A stretch of 63,775 bases of DNA, filler included, from Licmophora abbreviata (GCA_900291995.1; 15 parts of 15 records of this genome joined end to end with filler, not necessarily neighbours in it); one strand, 5' to 3'; positions 22,976 to 35,630 are shown, counted from the whole stretch's first letter. Notes: generated from the letters alone by a model not told the origin. Translations and numbers: made by a program.

Positions 22976-24584
22976 ATCCCGTCTCTATCGAACGAGGATC
23001 CCTCCTCTCGCTTGTCATCGGTCGCCGTAGAGGACATTGCTACTGGCACGACGACGAAAGATTCAAACAACAACAACAAACGCTACCGTTTCCTACTACA
23101 GAACGTGACTCTCCCAGAACGGTTTCGCTTTCTGCCCGACATTCTGCTCGACTACCAGTCGTCCTCGACTGGAAGACTCTTGGACAGCGACGTGGTCATG
23201 CTCCGACACTGTCACTTGGACAGCCATACGTTTGACTGGGATCTATACATCAAATGGGCGACCCACGTGCTAGATCAGCTTTTACCGGGCATTCAAGGCA
23301 ATCGTCAATACCAATCATTCTTCACAGCACAAGACCACCAGTACATGGAGGAAGAGTTTATACTGGAGCTACTAGAAATCTTTGCGACGCAACAAGGACA
23401 TTGTCAATTTGATGATCCAGACTTGTTTCCTGGGAGCCCACCTATCACTACCGGGAAAGAGGCTGAATGGAAGAAATCAGGAGAAACTTTGAGAGCTGTC
23501 CATACCTCAGGGAAGAAGGCACCCCCTGATGAGGCACGCCTTACGATTGTGATTGTTGCGTTTCAAGATGCGGAGCACCTTGCGCGGATCGTTCGCGCTT
23601 TGCATCGGCCACAGCACGTCTTCATTATTCATTTGGAACGTCGGGCGCCTCTGGCATATGTGACGCAAGTGCAAGATATTGCGTCACGGTACGGAAATGT
23701 AGTCGTGGTACAGTTTGGGACAGTCACGTATCGTACGGACTCTGTGTCGATGATTAATCTACAACTGATCAAATGGCTCGTAGTGGACATGAAATTGCAG
23801 TACGACTACCATGTTTTGATAGGCGGTGCTGTGTACCCACTCTACGGGGCTCAAGAGTTGGCTCGACACTTGAACGAGGCGAAAACAGAAGGACAACAGG
23901 CATGTGTGGCTCGGAGAACTGACAGGCGGTCGCAATGGCGAAACTATTCGGTCGGGGCAGTATGACTACTTGATACGGATGCGATTCAGCTACACGCGTG
24001 GGATACTTCCGGAGACGAAACTAGCTTTCCGTATCAAGCAAAAGCTGTTGACACCCTATGAGAACGAACAAAGTGTCGTTCAAATACCTCCAATCATTCA
24101 GGAGCACATGAGTTTCAAGACGAATTCCGGCAACCAAGCCGTCTACTCCTACGAAACGATGCACAAGTTACTGCATACGCCAGACGCAATGCGGGTTTTT
24201 GCAATGGCCAAGTACGGCTGTTGTTGCTGTCTAGAAGAGCGAACATGGATTGCAGCCATGGGTATGATGGGGCTACGGTCGGAATCGTTGAAGCACGGAT
24301 CCATGTGGCAAGTCTGGGGCGGCCAGGAGGAGTGCGGATCGAGTATGAACAATGCCGTCCTGTCAAGCAATGAACGTTTTTGCTATCGATTGGAAGACAT
24401 GACGGAAGGTGTCAAGCGACCACAAACCCAAGCCTGGTACATCAGGGGAGAACAAATTCTGGGTATTTTGAAAGATGCCAAGGAACGTGGGTTTCTCTTT
24501 GCACGTAAGTTTCATTCGTCTGATTCCTCATCCATGGAGCTGATGGAGGCGATACGACAACAACTTCATACCGTACATGAATAA
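22976..24584 (+). CDS. Core-2/I-branching (GT14-like) glycosyltransferase, 5'-partial, frameshift at A4 run 23882-23885
   Basis: RALHRPQHVFIIHLE, YDYHVLIGGAVYPL and terminal FLFARKF motifs; removing one A joins the two ORFs (AKQKDNRHVWLGE). Confidence 0.75.
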
Positions 24585-24704
24585 GTATAGTTTGTTGTTG
24601 AGTCCAAAATGGACGATAACAGAGTGTACGAACTGTTCCGACTTCCGTTTACTTAAACTATTTTAGCTAGTCTACATATTGCTTGTTTCGCTGGCACCTT
24701 CAAC

Positions 24705-25754
24705 TTACCACTGGTTCGGATTGACACGTACTGTCATGTCGCCTTCCTGCATTCCGTACCCTACAATGGCCTTACATGCAAGTCGCCATCGCGGGGAATC
24801 CTCCATTATTTGCTTTTCGGCAGGTCGTTGCGGATTCAACAAATCGCCTCCCTTCAATACGCTTACCGAGCAGGTTCGACACAACCCGTTGGCGCCGCAG
24901 TTCCCACCGTTCTTGGTGTCGAAGCGCTGTGCTAGAGGATCGTTCAGCTTCACACCTCGTAGCAACATCCCAAAGCGTAAATTCTCGCCCGCAAATAGTT
25001 CGATACTTGCATCTGGTTCGTTCATTGCTGGTGGGTACTGCAGGTTGACCCGTACCTTTGGTTTGCGTCGAATACGCTTGACTTTCAGAACGTACATGTC
25101 GTCAAATTTGGCAGGGTTGGGCTTGGGCAGCTGCTGGAGAGCCTTGACTGTACTATCGTAGGAAAGACATTCTGTCTGAGCAGTAAACTCTTCTTCCGTT
25201 TCGGACAGGCCAGTACCTGCTACGCCTGCTATCCCACGCCGCCGGCGCACAATCGATACCCGGGACAGCGAGTCGCCTGGAAAAAAACTCGTTTCTGTTG
25301 GATTCTCCAATAGCACTTGACTGGAACCACCTTCTACCAGCCCTGTAATCACAGTGATGCCCAATCCATCATCGCGACCACCAGCGAGCTCCACTAGCTG
25401 AATGCCCAATCCAGGAGCGTCGGGCAAACGAGGAAACGAGACGGTAATGGTATCCACAAACAGCTTCTGGTCGGTCTTGCATCCTAGTCTTAGCTTAGTT
25501 TCAGTCTCTGCTACTGCCTGGACAAAATTGGCAGTCCATTCTCGTCCAATCTCTTCAAGAGACTCGAGATTGTACTGGTTCATGTTTACCGAGGCAGGAC
25601 CAGCGCCTTGTAAGATCTGCGTCCCTACATTCTTCGTCGTCTCACCGTACGGAAGAGACATGCCAGCACATCGCCAAGCAACACAGCTCAACAGGAGGGC
25701 GGTGAGCAGAGCTAGGCCCATAGTCATGCGGTACCAGCACCGTGAAGTTACCAT
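24705..25754 (-). CDS. Probable plastid protein: PDZ-like region + C-terminal 2Fe-2S ferredoxin domain
   Basis: Signal peptide (MTMGLALL...), GLGIQLVEL PDZ-like loop, Cys pattern NCGANGLCRTC...RLAC. Start is either 25754 or 25727. Confidence 0.8.
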   Translation of the reverse strand: MVTSRCWYRMTMGLALLTALLLSCVAWRCAGMSLPYGETTKNVGTQILQGAGPASVNMNQYNLESLEEIGREWTANFVQAVAETETKLRLGCKTDQKLFVDTITVSFPRLPDAPGLGIQLVELAGGRDDGLGITVITGLVEGGSSQVLLENPTETSFFPGDSLSRVSIVRRRRGIAGVAGTGLSETEEEFTAQTECLSYDSTVKALQQLPKPNPAKFDDMYVLKVKRIRRKPKVRVNLQYPPAMNEPDASIELFAGENLRFGMLLRGVKLNDPLAQRFDTKNGGNCGANGLCRTCSVSVLKGGDLLNPQRPAEKQIMEDSPRWRLACKAIVGYGMQEGDMTVRVNPNQW

Positions 25755-26015
25755 GGTCGTTCTGCCGAGGGTAAATTTCTCACTCGAGTTGACCGTGTCT
25801 TTCGTCGCGGGAACTTCAACTCGACCAAAAATTGCGGGAGAGCCTGTCCGTCGACTCGAGGGGCGGCGGACGACGAGAGTTGCTAGACACGACAGAGGCA
25901 AGTTAAGTTACCTGGTACACAACACATCCAAACTAATTGTATCGCGCTCCCTTCAAAAAGCGCATGCAATTGCTTCATATAAAAAGTATCTAAATCGGTG
26001 CCCCCAATCATGGAT

Positions 26016-29000
26016 CTAAGCTTGGGACTTCGCCCAGTGCGGAATAGCAACGCGTGGTTCTACATCAGCCAAGAAGTTGACGACGCGCCCCGTTCCTCTT
26101 GGCTGTTCGTCCACAAGCGCAGTCGTTAATGCACTCTGGGGGAACTCGGACTTAAAGACACGAACAAAATATTTTGACGCTTCCCTGAGACTCTCATGAG
26201 TGAACCAGTTCAGGTCAATGTGATTGCGACCGTCCCACAGGGCAACGAGGTTTCCTCCAGACCAGTTTGCGACGATGACGCATCCCGCACCAATACCCGT
26301 GCTGACGTCCAACTCGAAGTCTTGCATGTCATCTGAATTTCTTAGGGCAGCTGCCGTTCTTGATAGAGCACTCTTCATGGCATTCTCAATAAGTTGTGGT
26401 GAAAGCTTCAACGACGCGCTCTCAAGTTGTGACAAGCACTGAAACGCTAGAGGTTTCTGAGAGAGCCATTGTTCCAGTGGCGGTTTCTGTTCGTAGTCGT
26501 GCGGCAAAAAGTAATGTGGCCATTTCCAGCCCGGTTCTTCTACATACCACTGCCAGGGAAACTGCCCGCCTTGGATCATCTGGACAGTAGACTCTAGGCC
26601 AGTCTTCTTTTCGATGCTCGAGACAACGTCAACCAACCGACGAACAAACCTGTCATCGATCGATGTAGTAAGTCCAACCTCCACAGTGCTCTCGGTATTG
26701 TTGAAAAGGATCTCTGCCCTGAAGTTTGGATCAAAATAGTTGATCTCAGTTCGGAATCGTTCCATAAAGTTCCGGCGCCATGACTCGCTTTCGTCAAACA
26801 TTACTGACAGCGCAAGCATGTCGTCGTCCAAAATAGTCTCCTTTTCTGCGTTTAGTATGTCATACACAACTCGCGCGAGAGTAAAAGTTGCACCGGGGTC
26901 GACAATAACTGCGCGAATCTTCTTGTCTTCTGATAAGGATTCGAGCAAGACTGTGGAAAGATCTGTTCCGCAAGACACCATGTTCTCGATGGCGCCCTGC
27001 TCGTATTCGTTGACCTCATCCATACCAGGACACGGCCGCAACGGTACGACCTGGGCAACAGTGTACATCGTCTCAAGTGTCCCGAGGCTAGCACAGCTCG
27101 ACTCATTCTCTCCACACAGAACAACCACTACATTATTGTCAATATCGCCAACCAGCCCTCCCAAGATTTCTTCAAGAAAAATCTCACTAACACTCTTCGC
27201 CATCACCATCTCTCGAGGCGGTTGTGGAGCTTTCGTACAAGGATCGATTGCGTGTGGGCCGCGTTTCTTTTCGTCCTCCTTCCATGTTTTGACGCCAAAC
27301 ATGCCACCTGCAACGATTCGATAGGAGGAAGTTGACTTTCCACCTCGGCCCTTCAATGCCTTGACAATGGCCTTTTTGGCGGCTTCCTGCCTGTCGAAGG
27401 AGCTCCAAAGATGAATGTCGACTGCGGCATACTTTTCATCGGGGAAGGTACGCGCCACCACGTATCCCTCTTCCAGAATGAGGGTTACGGCTGGCTTGTC
27501 GCTGGAGGCCGATTGAACACGCGATACTGGGTGAAAGCCTTGTTTGTTCAAAGACTTTTCCAGTACGTCAAGAATTGTCTGGGGGTCTCTGAGATTGCTA
27601 CGGGCGTCCTCGACCTCGACAACCATAAGAATGCCTGGGCTTCTGGTCTGCTCGATGGGCTCAGGATCGGATTGACCCTCCGCTTTGCATAGAATATCCG
27701 CGGTCTTGTTGTGGCGATAGTCATGATAGTATTCATACTTGTCTACCTCTGATGGAGGTTTGACAAAGAGACAATCTCGTTTGTGATCTCTCATTTTATC
27801 ATTCAGAAAGTTGACGCGGTTACTTCCAAGAACCAAACACTGGGAACAAACGACAGGCACATCAGGAAAGTCCACCTGAAGGCTACGGGAGAAGGCACAA
27901 AGTTTTGACAATGTGAGAAGCGTAGTATCATTCACTGTTTATTGCATGATACCATATAAAGCACGTACCTGTATCGAAACATGGAGCTGAGCTTATCCAT
28001 GTAAAGCTCGTTCTTTACAAATATGCCTTCGGGTTTGAGTAGAAGTGTCAGCGCCTGGAGAATGTCCAACTCGTCCGTCACGCTGAACGATGCGACAGTC
28101 TCCGACAGATCCACGAGAACCATGTCAAACGAGCCAAAATAATCTGCAGGGAGCATCAGGAGACTCTTTGCAGCATCCCCGTACCACCACTGCACCTTTT
28201 CGTTGTCCCAATGCGGCTGCGCGCCCATGTGTTTGAAAGCGTATCGAGTGATGAACTGATCCAATTCCAAACCAACGACAAACTCGATCGATCGGTACTT
28301 GAGGATCTCATGAAGAAGCATAGAGTCGCCTCCACCAACAAACAATACACGTTTGACGTCTTTGATGAATCGAGCCGTGTTGTGGACGACCATTTCGTGA
28401 TACTGAGGACGGTAGCTGCCGCAGATTTGGATGATTCCGTTGATAGAGAAACAGACATTATCGTTTGTGGGATTCCGAGCAAAGTGTATATCCTGATAGT
28501 GAGACTGAATAGAGTCCAACTCTTCCATGTCGTCAAACACCATATCACTGTATTGGTCACACGTGTACGCGTCGAGGTGATGATAGTCGATTGGGTCTTC
28601 TCTCTCACCCAGATCGTCGTACGGTCTCAACAAGGAACACGATGCGCCGCCCGAGCGGCACTCTAGGTAATGCTGTGCCAGTTCGCAAGTTTCATCGATG
28701 CCGATATCCTCAATTGTACAGACAAACTTTAGCGCTTCCACAATGGCGGTGATGAGGGCGTCTTTGTATCGCTGAATCACACTTAGCTCATGTTCGGGCA
28801 CTTTGTTTCCTGCGACTTCACGAAAATCATCCAATCGATGAAGCTGAATGAGAAGGTACCAAATGGCATCGTTGTCGGGGTATTCGTCCGCAAGCCAATC
28901 CACTTGTAGAAGTCCAGATTTCTCATCTTCGTCAAGTTCAAAACCAATATCCTCGTTCCAAAAGAACCACCGCTGAGGGTAGTTTTCGACAAATCCATAG

Positions 29001-29544
29001 TCACGAAGAATCTCAGGTGTACCGTATCCATAATCACGGGCTCCACAATCCTCGCAGAAGTTGTAGGTGGTGTAAATTTCATCTCCTGCTTTGATATCCC
29101 GAGACGCGTACACGGGAATACTGGACCGACTGAGATCGTGAACACTTCCACGAGTTTCGGTGTTGAGCCGTGGGCCGTTGCGATGGCTCATCATATCGTA
29201 TACTGGAATCATGAGTTCATCCCAACCGCGTTGAAGTAGATACAAGGCAGCATTGACACTTGCTGTATCACGGCTACCCTGACAGTCTACATACCACTGC
29301 GGATTGATATACCCAGTGGGATTCTCAGGAGGAAGATCGTCCGTGTAGTCGGCGTCAGTTTGTGAAAGCAGTCCGTGCAGTAGCGACCTTCCTTCCAAGG
29401 ACCATGCGCTCGGCAGCTCACCAGGATCCTGAGAAAGAAGATAATTGGTATAAGGCGCAAATTCTGACTGGTCGCCAAGCTTCCATTCTTCGGCCAATTT
29501 GATAGCCGTGGGGCAGTAGATTGCACCGTATTCAGTTTCAGGAT
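26016..29544 (-). CDS. SET domain + spermidine/spermine synthase-like aminopropyltransferase + two AdoMetDC-like domains (5'-partial)
   Basis: SET: PVYDMMSHRNG...ASRDIKAGDEIYTTY. APT: RVLFVGGGD, GLELDQ, FDMVLVDLSE. Intron 27883-27968. AdoMetDC-like: LILEEGYVVARTFPDEKYAAVDIH and NLVALWDGRNHIDLN. Confidence 0.85.
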
Positions 29545-29644
29545 NNNNNNNNNNNNNNNNNNNNNNNNNNNNNNNNNNNNNNNNNNNNTTAATTAATTAA
29601 NNNNNNNNNNNNNNNNNNNNNNNNNNNNNNNNNNNNNNNNNNNN
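29545..29644. other. Artificial gap spacer
   Basis: N44-TTAATTAATTAA-N44. Confidence 0.98.
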
Positions 29645-30030
29645 TTCTTGATCGTGTGGATGTACGCGAGCTTCTAGACGAACATGAGGGCGTCGCTCAC
29701 TGTAAGCTTGATGACAACGACTATGACGAAGAAGTGGAGATGGTCCCTCTCGAGCTGTATTTGGAGCTACAGAAGCGCTTGGATCTTTTAGAAGAAGAAC
29801 GGAATATCCTGCTAACCGAGACGCTGGACTTACTCGAGAGTGCTCGGATCGCGAATACAGTCGAGATGGATGTCTTTCAGGCAGAACTCAAGGAACAGTC
29901 TGCCAAGAAGGTTAAGCAAGAAGTCGACGAGCAGATCACTGCCGTTCTTGACACGTTCACGCACTTCGATTTCAACCCAAGTTCGGTTCGGGGCTGGCGG
30001 GACGCTGCTGATAAGGAAAAGAGCTCTTGA
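29645..30030 (+). CDS. 5'-partial acidic coiled-coil protein
   Basis: Open frame from the gap edge with heptad Leu/Glu pattern; no family recognised. Confidence 0.45.
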
Positions 30031-30453
30031 AGTGGACGACCAGTGGGCCACATTGGACCCGGGAGGGGTTCTTAGCTTCGGTGGCGATAAACTCGAGTTA
30101 TTAGCTGTAAACGAATTCTGGCTCTTGCACTGCTTAATTGCGTCGCTGTTCATGCACGATGGACTTTCATGTATTGTTTAGTGATCCAGTATGGTTGCAA
30201 TGATTGCTCACTTGGCGGCATCGTTGGCCCTAGAAAAGAGAGTCGAAGCCAGAGCGACGCCCTTTTCAAGTTCAGTCACGCATATGACGTCAGTCACACT
30301 TTCCCATTCGTTTTTCTGCCCGGTGCCGCGTGTGCCGCCACCTCAACCACAAACACAGATGACAATGGGATTCCGCACTCCATCTCTCTTCACTTTGTCG
30401 TCGTCTCTTTTCACGTTGGTGGCCTAAAAATAAAAGATTGTACTCACTCAAGT

Positions 30454-31442
30454 ATGCTGGCGATGCAGCGCATGACAACGAGTCGATCTGTGCTTCGCAT
30501 GACCCGATTTCGCTCGACTCCTGCGTGGGCATCAGCCGCAAGTTCTGCTTCGTTCACATCGGACATCAGCATCCAGAAACAACCTGGAGCCAACAAGGGC
30601 TTCATGTCGAAAATCTGGGACCAATATTCGTATGCGGGCCAGAAGAAGCGATACATTCTTGGAGAGAGGCTCTTCCGTGCTGCTCAGAGGCGTGCGAATG
30701 ATCCGTAAGTCGATGTTTCGTTTGAAGCATGCAAACCGGCGCATTTCCTTCTGCGCGTCTATCTCATCACTTTCACTTTCTGATCGCCTACGAATTCAGC
30801 ATATGGTATGGACCTGGAAGGATCGGTCGCGAGTTTCGCCCCCGCCATGCCATTCTGACCATGCACATTTGGTTCTTGCACAAGCGACTCATCAGCGACA
30901 AGGTGGATCCTCACTTTGCCTTGCTCGTTCAGGAGGAGCTCTTTGATCTCTTGTGGCTCGACACGACGCAGCGGATCCGGGCACAGGGTGTCAACGAACT
31001 CACAGTGAACAAACATCTGAAGGACGTACAGGAGTACACGTTCATGCACTTGACGCATTACGATCATGTCTATTCAGACTACGCAGTCGATGATCCCGAG
31101 CGATACATTGAGCTGTCGGGTCTTGTGTGGATTCACCTCTTGCTGCGAGATGAGGTCCTGCACGACGATCATCTGAAGCGATTGGTTGCCTACATTGATG
31201 CACAGTACGAAAACATCATGGAGCATCTGCCGGATGAGTACTTTTGGGAGGGACGCATCGGCTGGGTCAATATTCCAAACTTCGAGGGGATGCAAGACAT
31301 TCGAGGAGAGCCGTTGAAGCCCATCTCCGTGCACGCAGACGATGTTCTTCCAGAGGGATGGTACTCGGACCTCAACAATGCTGGGCATACATACTACTGG
31401 AACGAGGACAACAGAACTACGCGGTGGGAGCGACCGACTTAG
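30454..31442 (+). CDS. Ubiquinol-cytochrome c chaperone (Cbp3/UQCC1) with C-terminal WW domain
   Basis: Mitochondrial-like presequence; intron 30705-30799; F..RHAILTMHIWFLHKRL, QEELFDLLWLD and VNKHLK motifs; terminal LPEGW...GHTYYWN....TRWERP. Confidence 0.85.
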
Positions 31443-31487
31443 TCTAGGCGATGGTGTGCAAGTATAGACAAACCGGCCGATGCCCAG

Positions 31488-31587
31488 NNNNNNNNNNNNN
31501 NNNNNNNNNNNNNNNNNNNNNNNNNNNNNNNTTAATTAATTAANNNNNNNNNNNNNNNNNNNNNNNNNNNNNNNNNNNNNNNNNNNN
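31488..31587. other. Artificial gap spacer
   Basis: N44-TTAATTAATTAA-N44. Confidence 0.98.
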
Positions 31588-31738
31588 AGACGCGATACGA
31601 AAGCATGTAGTGCCAGAAAGTACCAGTACGGGGCTACGATGATTAGAACATTGCACAAAACGTATTAAATATAGCCATGACATCTCTATTGCTGTCGAAT
31701 CCGTAACCATATCACATAGCTCAAAGACTAGCTAGGAA

Positions 31739-32986
31739 TCACTGCCCGGGTTTCGGGATCTCATGCTTCAGACGGAGAGGTTCGCTTCCTATCATATCAG
31801 GGTGATCCAATTCTGCCCGAATGAGCCGAAGAAGCACAGTAACATCCTCATCTTCATCAATTGACTCCATAGGCAACCAGTGCACCTTTACATACCCGGC
31901 GTTGTTCCAGAAGTCAAAGTCCATGCGAAAGCGCTTGATGCAATACAGGATCAGTGTCCCGCCTCGCGGCATGAACGATGCCGTCATACTGCCACCGCCG
32001 CATGGCGTGACGTATATAGATGTTTGAGAGGCAACACGGACCTGATCTTTCATATCAAGTTCAGCCATATCATACTGCTCGACCTGCACCTGATCAGAAA
32101 ATGTATTGCGCACAGCCGTCATCTGCTTCTTAAAGTCGGTAATCCGTTCTCTCGTTGAATTAGCTGAAGATACGCTGCTGTACTTCGCAGCAAAGACAAT
32201 CCGGTGTGGCGCTCTGTCAGGCAAGTCTGTCTCATCGACCCCTACGTGTCCCATCATCCATTTCTTGAAACTGTAAAATATGGGGCCCTTCCCTATGTTG
32301 ATTGGGTGCAATAGGTCAGAATGCTTATTCCCGTGAAAGGTATACATGTGCTCAGTGAGAGGTGAGATTCCACTTGCACCAAAGCGAGAACACACATATT
32401 GAGATCTTTGTCTCCCTGAGAATGTTGAATTTGTTGCGTCGTGGGTGCTATATGAGCTTGGAGGAACTCCAAGCAACGGTAAGATCTTCAACATCCGAGG
32501 TGCATACTCGGTCTGAGTTGCGGTGCGATTCAGGAATGTCAGTAGCAACTGTTTTTCTTCCCAGCCGAATATTTGAAGAAGTCGATAAAAGACAAGTCCA
32601 TAATCCCAGAGAAGATGGCTGTGGCATGAATTCATAGCAGGATGGAAATCGCAACATGAGACGGGGTGGTTGCTCGCATCTTTGCATGAATAGCGCATCG
32701 CACATGGCACACATGTCACACGAGCTCACGAGCTCACCCTGGATTCCTCATTTGAAAATGGCCACTAAATGGAACCCAAACCAAGTTCGGGGGAAGCTCA
32801 TAGTAGCCATGAACTTCATTCGATGATGGGAGTACGGTTGGACGCCAGAACATCCCAGCTCGCCCTCCACGAACAGGAACGATGGTGAGCTTATTGTTGT
32901 CTTGGCCCATGCGGGTAGTGAATTGTGCGTAGGATGCCCCCTGATATCCCTCAAGCTCTTCTTCGAGTGACTCGTAGGATGACGAT
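31739..32986 (-). CDS. Glycosyltransferase family 61-like, 5'-partial
   Basis: Intron 32619-32737 gives RNPG|HLLWD; C-terminal DQVRVASQTSIYVTPCGGGSMTASFMPRG. The upstream exon is open to the gap and is missing from the ORF track. Confidence 0.75.
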
Positions 32987-33086
32987 NNNNNNNNNNNNNN
33001 NNNNNNNNNNNNNNNNNNNNNNNNNNNNNNTTAATTAATTAANNNNNNNNNNNNNNNNNNNNNNNNNNNNNNNNNNNNNNNNNNNN
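32987..33086. other. Artificial gap spacer
   Basis: N44-TTAATTAATTAA-N44. Confidence 0.98.
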
Positions 33087-35040
33087 CGTACACGCCGATG
33101 TCATGGAAGATACTACACCAAAGGGAACGCCGCCTCCCAAGTCGTCGTGCAACTGGAAGCTGTGGGGCATTGTGGGTCTTGTGATTGCGGTCCTTGTGAT
33201 ACTTGGAGTAGTGCTTGGTGTCGTGCTGGGTGGTGGGGACGGCGGAAGTAGTAAAGATCTGCCGACGGAGTCTCCAGCGTCACCCACAGTACCAGGCACA
33301 CCGGTTACTACTCCGGTTCCTACTCTGCCCCCTACCGAGGCGCCTACAGCCGCCCCAACTGGTCGAATTGACACTTTGCGGGAGCGCCTCGAGGTGGAAT
33401 TTGGTGAAATCATGCCCAATACACCGCAAGCAGAGACGCTGGCATGGCTTTCCGAAACGGATCCTCTCCAACTACCCGAAGAAGTTCCATTTAGAATTCT
33501 CAAGGAGCGTTACGTGATCGCCTTGCTTCACTTTGCGACCAACGGTGTGAACTGGTCGGAACAATTTGGGTTCCTGGGAGAGTCGTCGGTTTGCTCATGG
33601 AACGATGGACGAGGCAGCTTTTCGGGAGCTGGAGTGTTTTGTGACGCCAATGACAGTGTCACTCATATTGTGATTGGTAAGGGGTCGGGACCTTTATGTG
33701 CTGCCTTAGCTTGATACATCTTATATTCTGCAAGTTCTTCCCCCTATTTTCTATTTTTCTATGCAGAGACCAACAATCTTGTGGGGACACTCATCGGCGA
33801 GTTTACCGCACTCGCGTCCATGGAAAAAGTAGATCTTGACGAAAACAGCCTCGTCGGCCCAATCCCCGAAGCCATTGGAAACCTCACTGAATTGGAATGG
33901 TTTACCGTTGACAGCAACGACTTATCCGGGACGATTCCACCTGCGCTCTTCGAGCTCCCCAGGCTAGAGACGCTCTTTCTGTCAGGCAACAAGCGTATTA
34001 CGGGAAGCATTCCAGCCAATATTGGTAATGCTCCAAGAATGAAGATTCTATCTTTGTTTGAGTGCACGGGTCTCTCTGGGTCTATCCCACCTTCAATCAC
34101 GGACATGTCGTCTCTGGAACGTCTCAGCCTCGTTGGCGTTTCCCTGACAGGTCCGGTACCGGCATTCACGTCGCCCAGTCTCACTTTCCTGGCGCTAGAA
34201 CAGAACGCACTTACGGGTGAAATACCCGCGTCTCTCGGTTCGCTCCCCAACCTTGCGATCCTTTCGCTCTCGGATAACTTTCTCAACGGAACGATTCCTT
34301 CCATGTCAGGCAGTCCGTCCCTGACGACATTTTGGGTGTTTGAAAATCAATTGACTGGAAATATTGAAACGCTTCTGACGTCTGTGGAGCCCACGGGATT
34401 GGTGGAACTGGACGTGGGAGTAAACCGGCTTACAGGTACGATCCCTACCTTGATTGGACAGTTGACAGACTTACAAGATTTACGACTCAACGGGAATCGG
34501 TTTACGGGCACGATTCCAAGCGAGCTTGGTCTCGTCTTGGGTTTGAACCAGTTCCTCAATCTTTCTGACAATGACTTGGAGGGGGCGATTCCAAGCGAGA
34601 TTGGCCTGCTGACGGATATTCAGCTACTGGACATTGGCGTGAATAAGTTGAACAGTTCGATTCCTGTCGAAATTGGCAGCCTCATGAACGCGTTGGGCAT
34701 TGGAGTTCAAGACAATGAGTTGACTGGAATCGTCCCGACCGAAATTGCAGCCATTCCGAACCTTGGTGAGTATCATTGTCTACTTGTATGTCGTAGCGTT
34801 ACCGACGATTAACTAACCCGATCCTCCGACTCGTCATCGTGACTATTTCTCACAACAGTACAACTGCTTGTTGCCAAGAACAACTTTGAAGGCAGTTTGG
34901 ATCCATTCTTTTGTGCCCGTGTCGGTGATCCGATTGCAACGTTTCACGCAGACTGCCTTGGAAATCCACCCGAGATCGAATGCAGCTGTTGCACGACATG
35001 CTGCCGCGACGCCGGAGGCACTTGCGAGCAGCTGCAGTAG
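33087..35040 (+). CDS. Diatom-type type II membrane LRR receptor-like protein (probably 5'-partial)
   Basis: TM, P/T stalk, PQAETLAWL/ERYVIALLHFATNGVNW cap, many ~24-aa LRRs, introns 33677-33766 and 34766-34858, C-terminal ECSCCTTCC. Confidence 0.9.
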
Positions 35041-35342
35041 AAGGGCTAGTGACTGCTAGACAAGTTGATACAGTATATTTTGGTTCGCGGCGAGTGCAAT
35101 GCGAGCGACTTGGGGTGACCATGCACAACGATAGCTTGCCCCGATAGGAAGTTAATTGCTTGCGGCGATACAGATACGACTTTTATGATTGAAACAAAAG
35201 CTACTCGTAGTTTGGCTACGATAGCGGTTCAGGTAATGTCTACGACACCCAAGCACTAGCTAGTCTTGGACTTGCTTGGCCATATTGCGCAGCACGACGA
35301 AAGTGAACATAGGATGGGCAAACCCACATCAGCCGCCAAGTC

Positions 35343-35442
35343 NNNNNNNNNNNNNNNNNNNNNNNNNNNNNNNNNNNNNNNNNNNNTTAATTAATTAANN
35401 NNNNNNNNNNNNNNNNNNNNNNNNNNNNNNNNNNNNNNNNNN
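35343..35442. other. Artificial gap spacer
   Basis: N44-TTAATTAATTAA-N44. Confidence 0.98.
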
Positions 35443-35605
35443 GCGCGTTTTTCCTACAGGCGCGCACCGTATGATGGTCCGTGGTGAGCACTGGCGAGTT
35501 TGTGGCCCTCCGTTTCCTCCAACGGAGAGATGCACAGACCGCAATGATTTTTTTCTTCTCGTGATGCGCACAAAAACAAAACAGAAACACGACATCTTCA
35601 GACTT

Positions 35606-35630
35606 TTGACTTGACTTGACTTGACTTGAC
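35606..35630 (+). repeat. (TTGAC)5 pentanucleotide microsatellite
   Basis: Five exact tandem copies about 155 bp upstream of the SerRS ATG. Confidence 0.95.
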
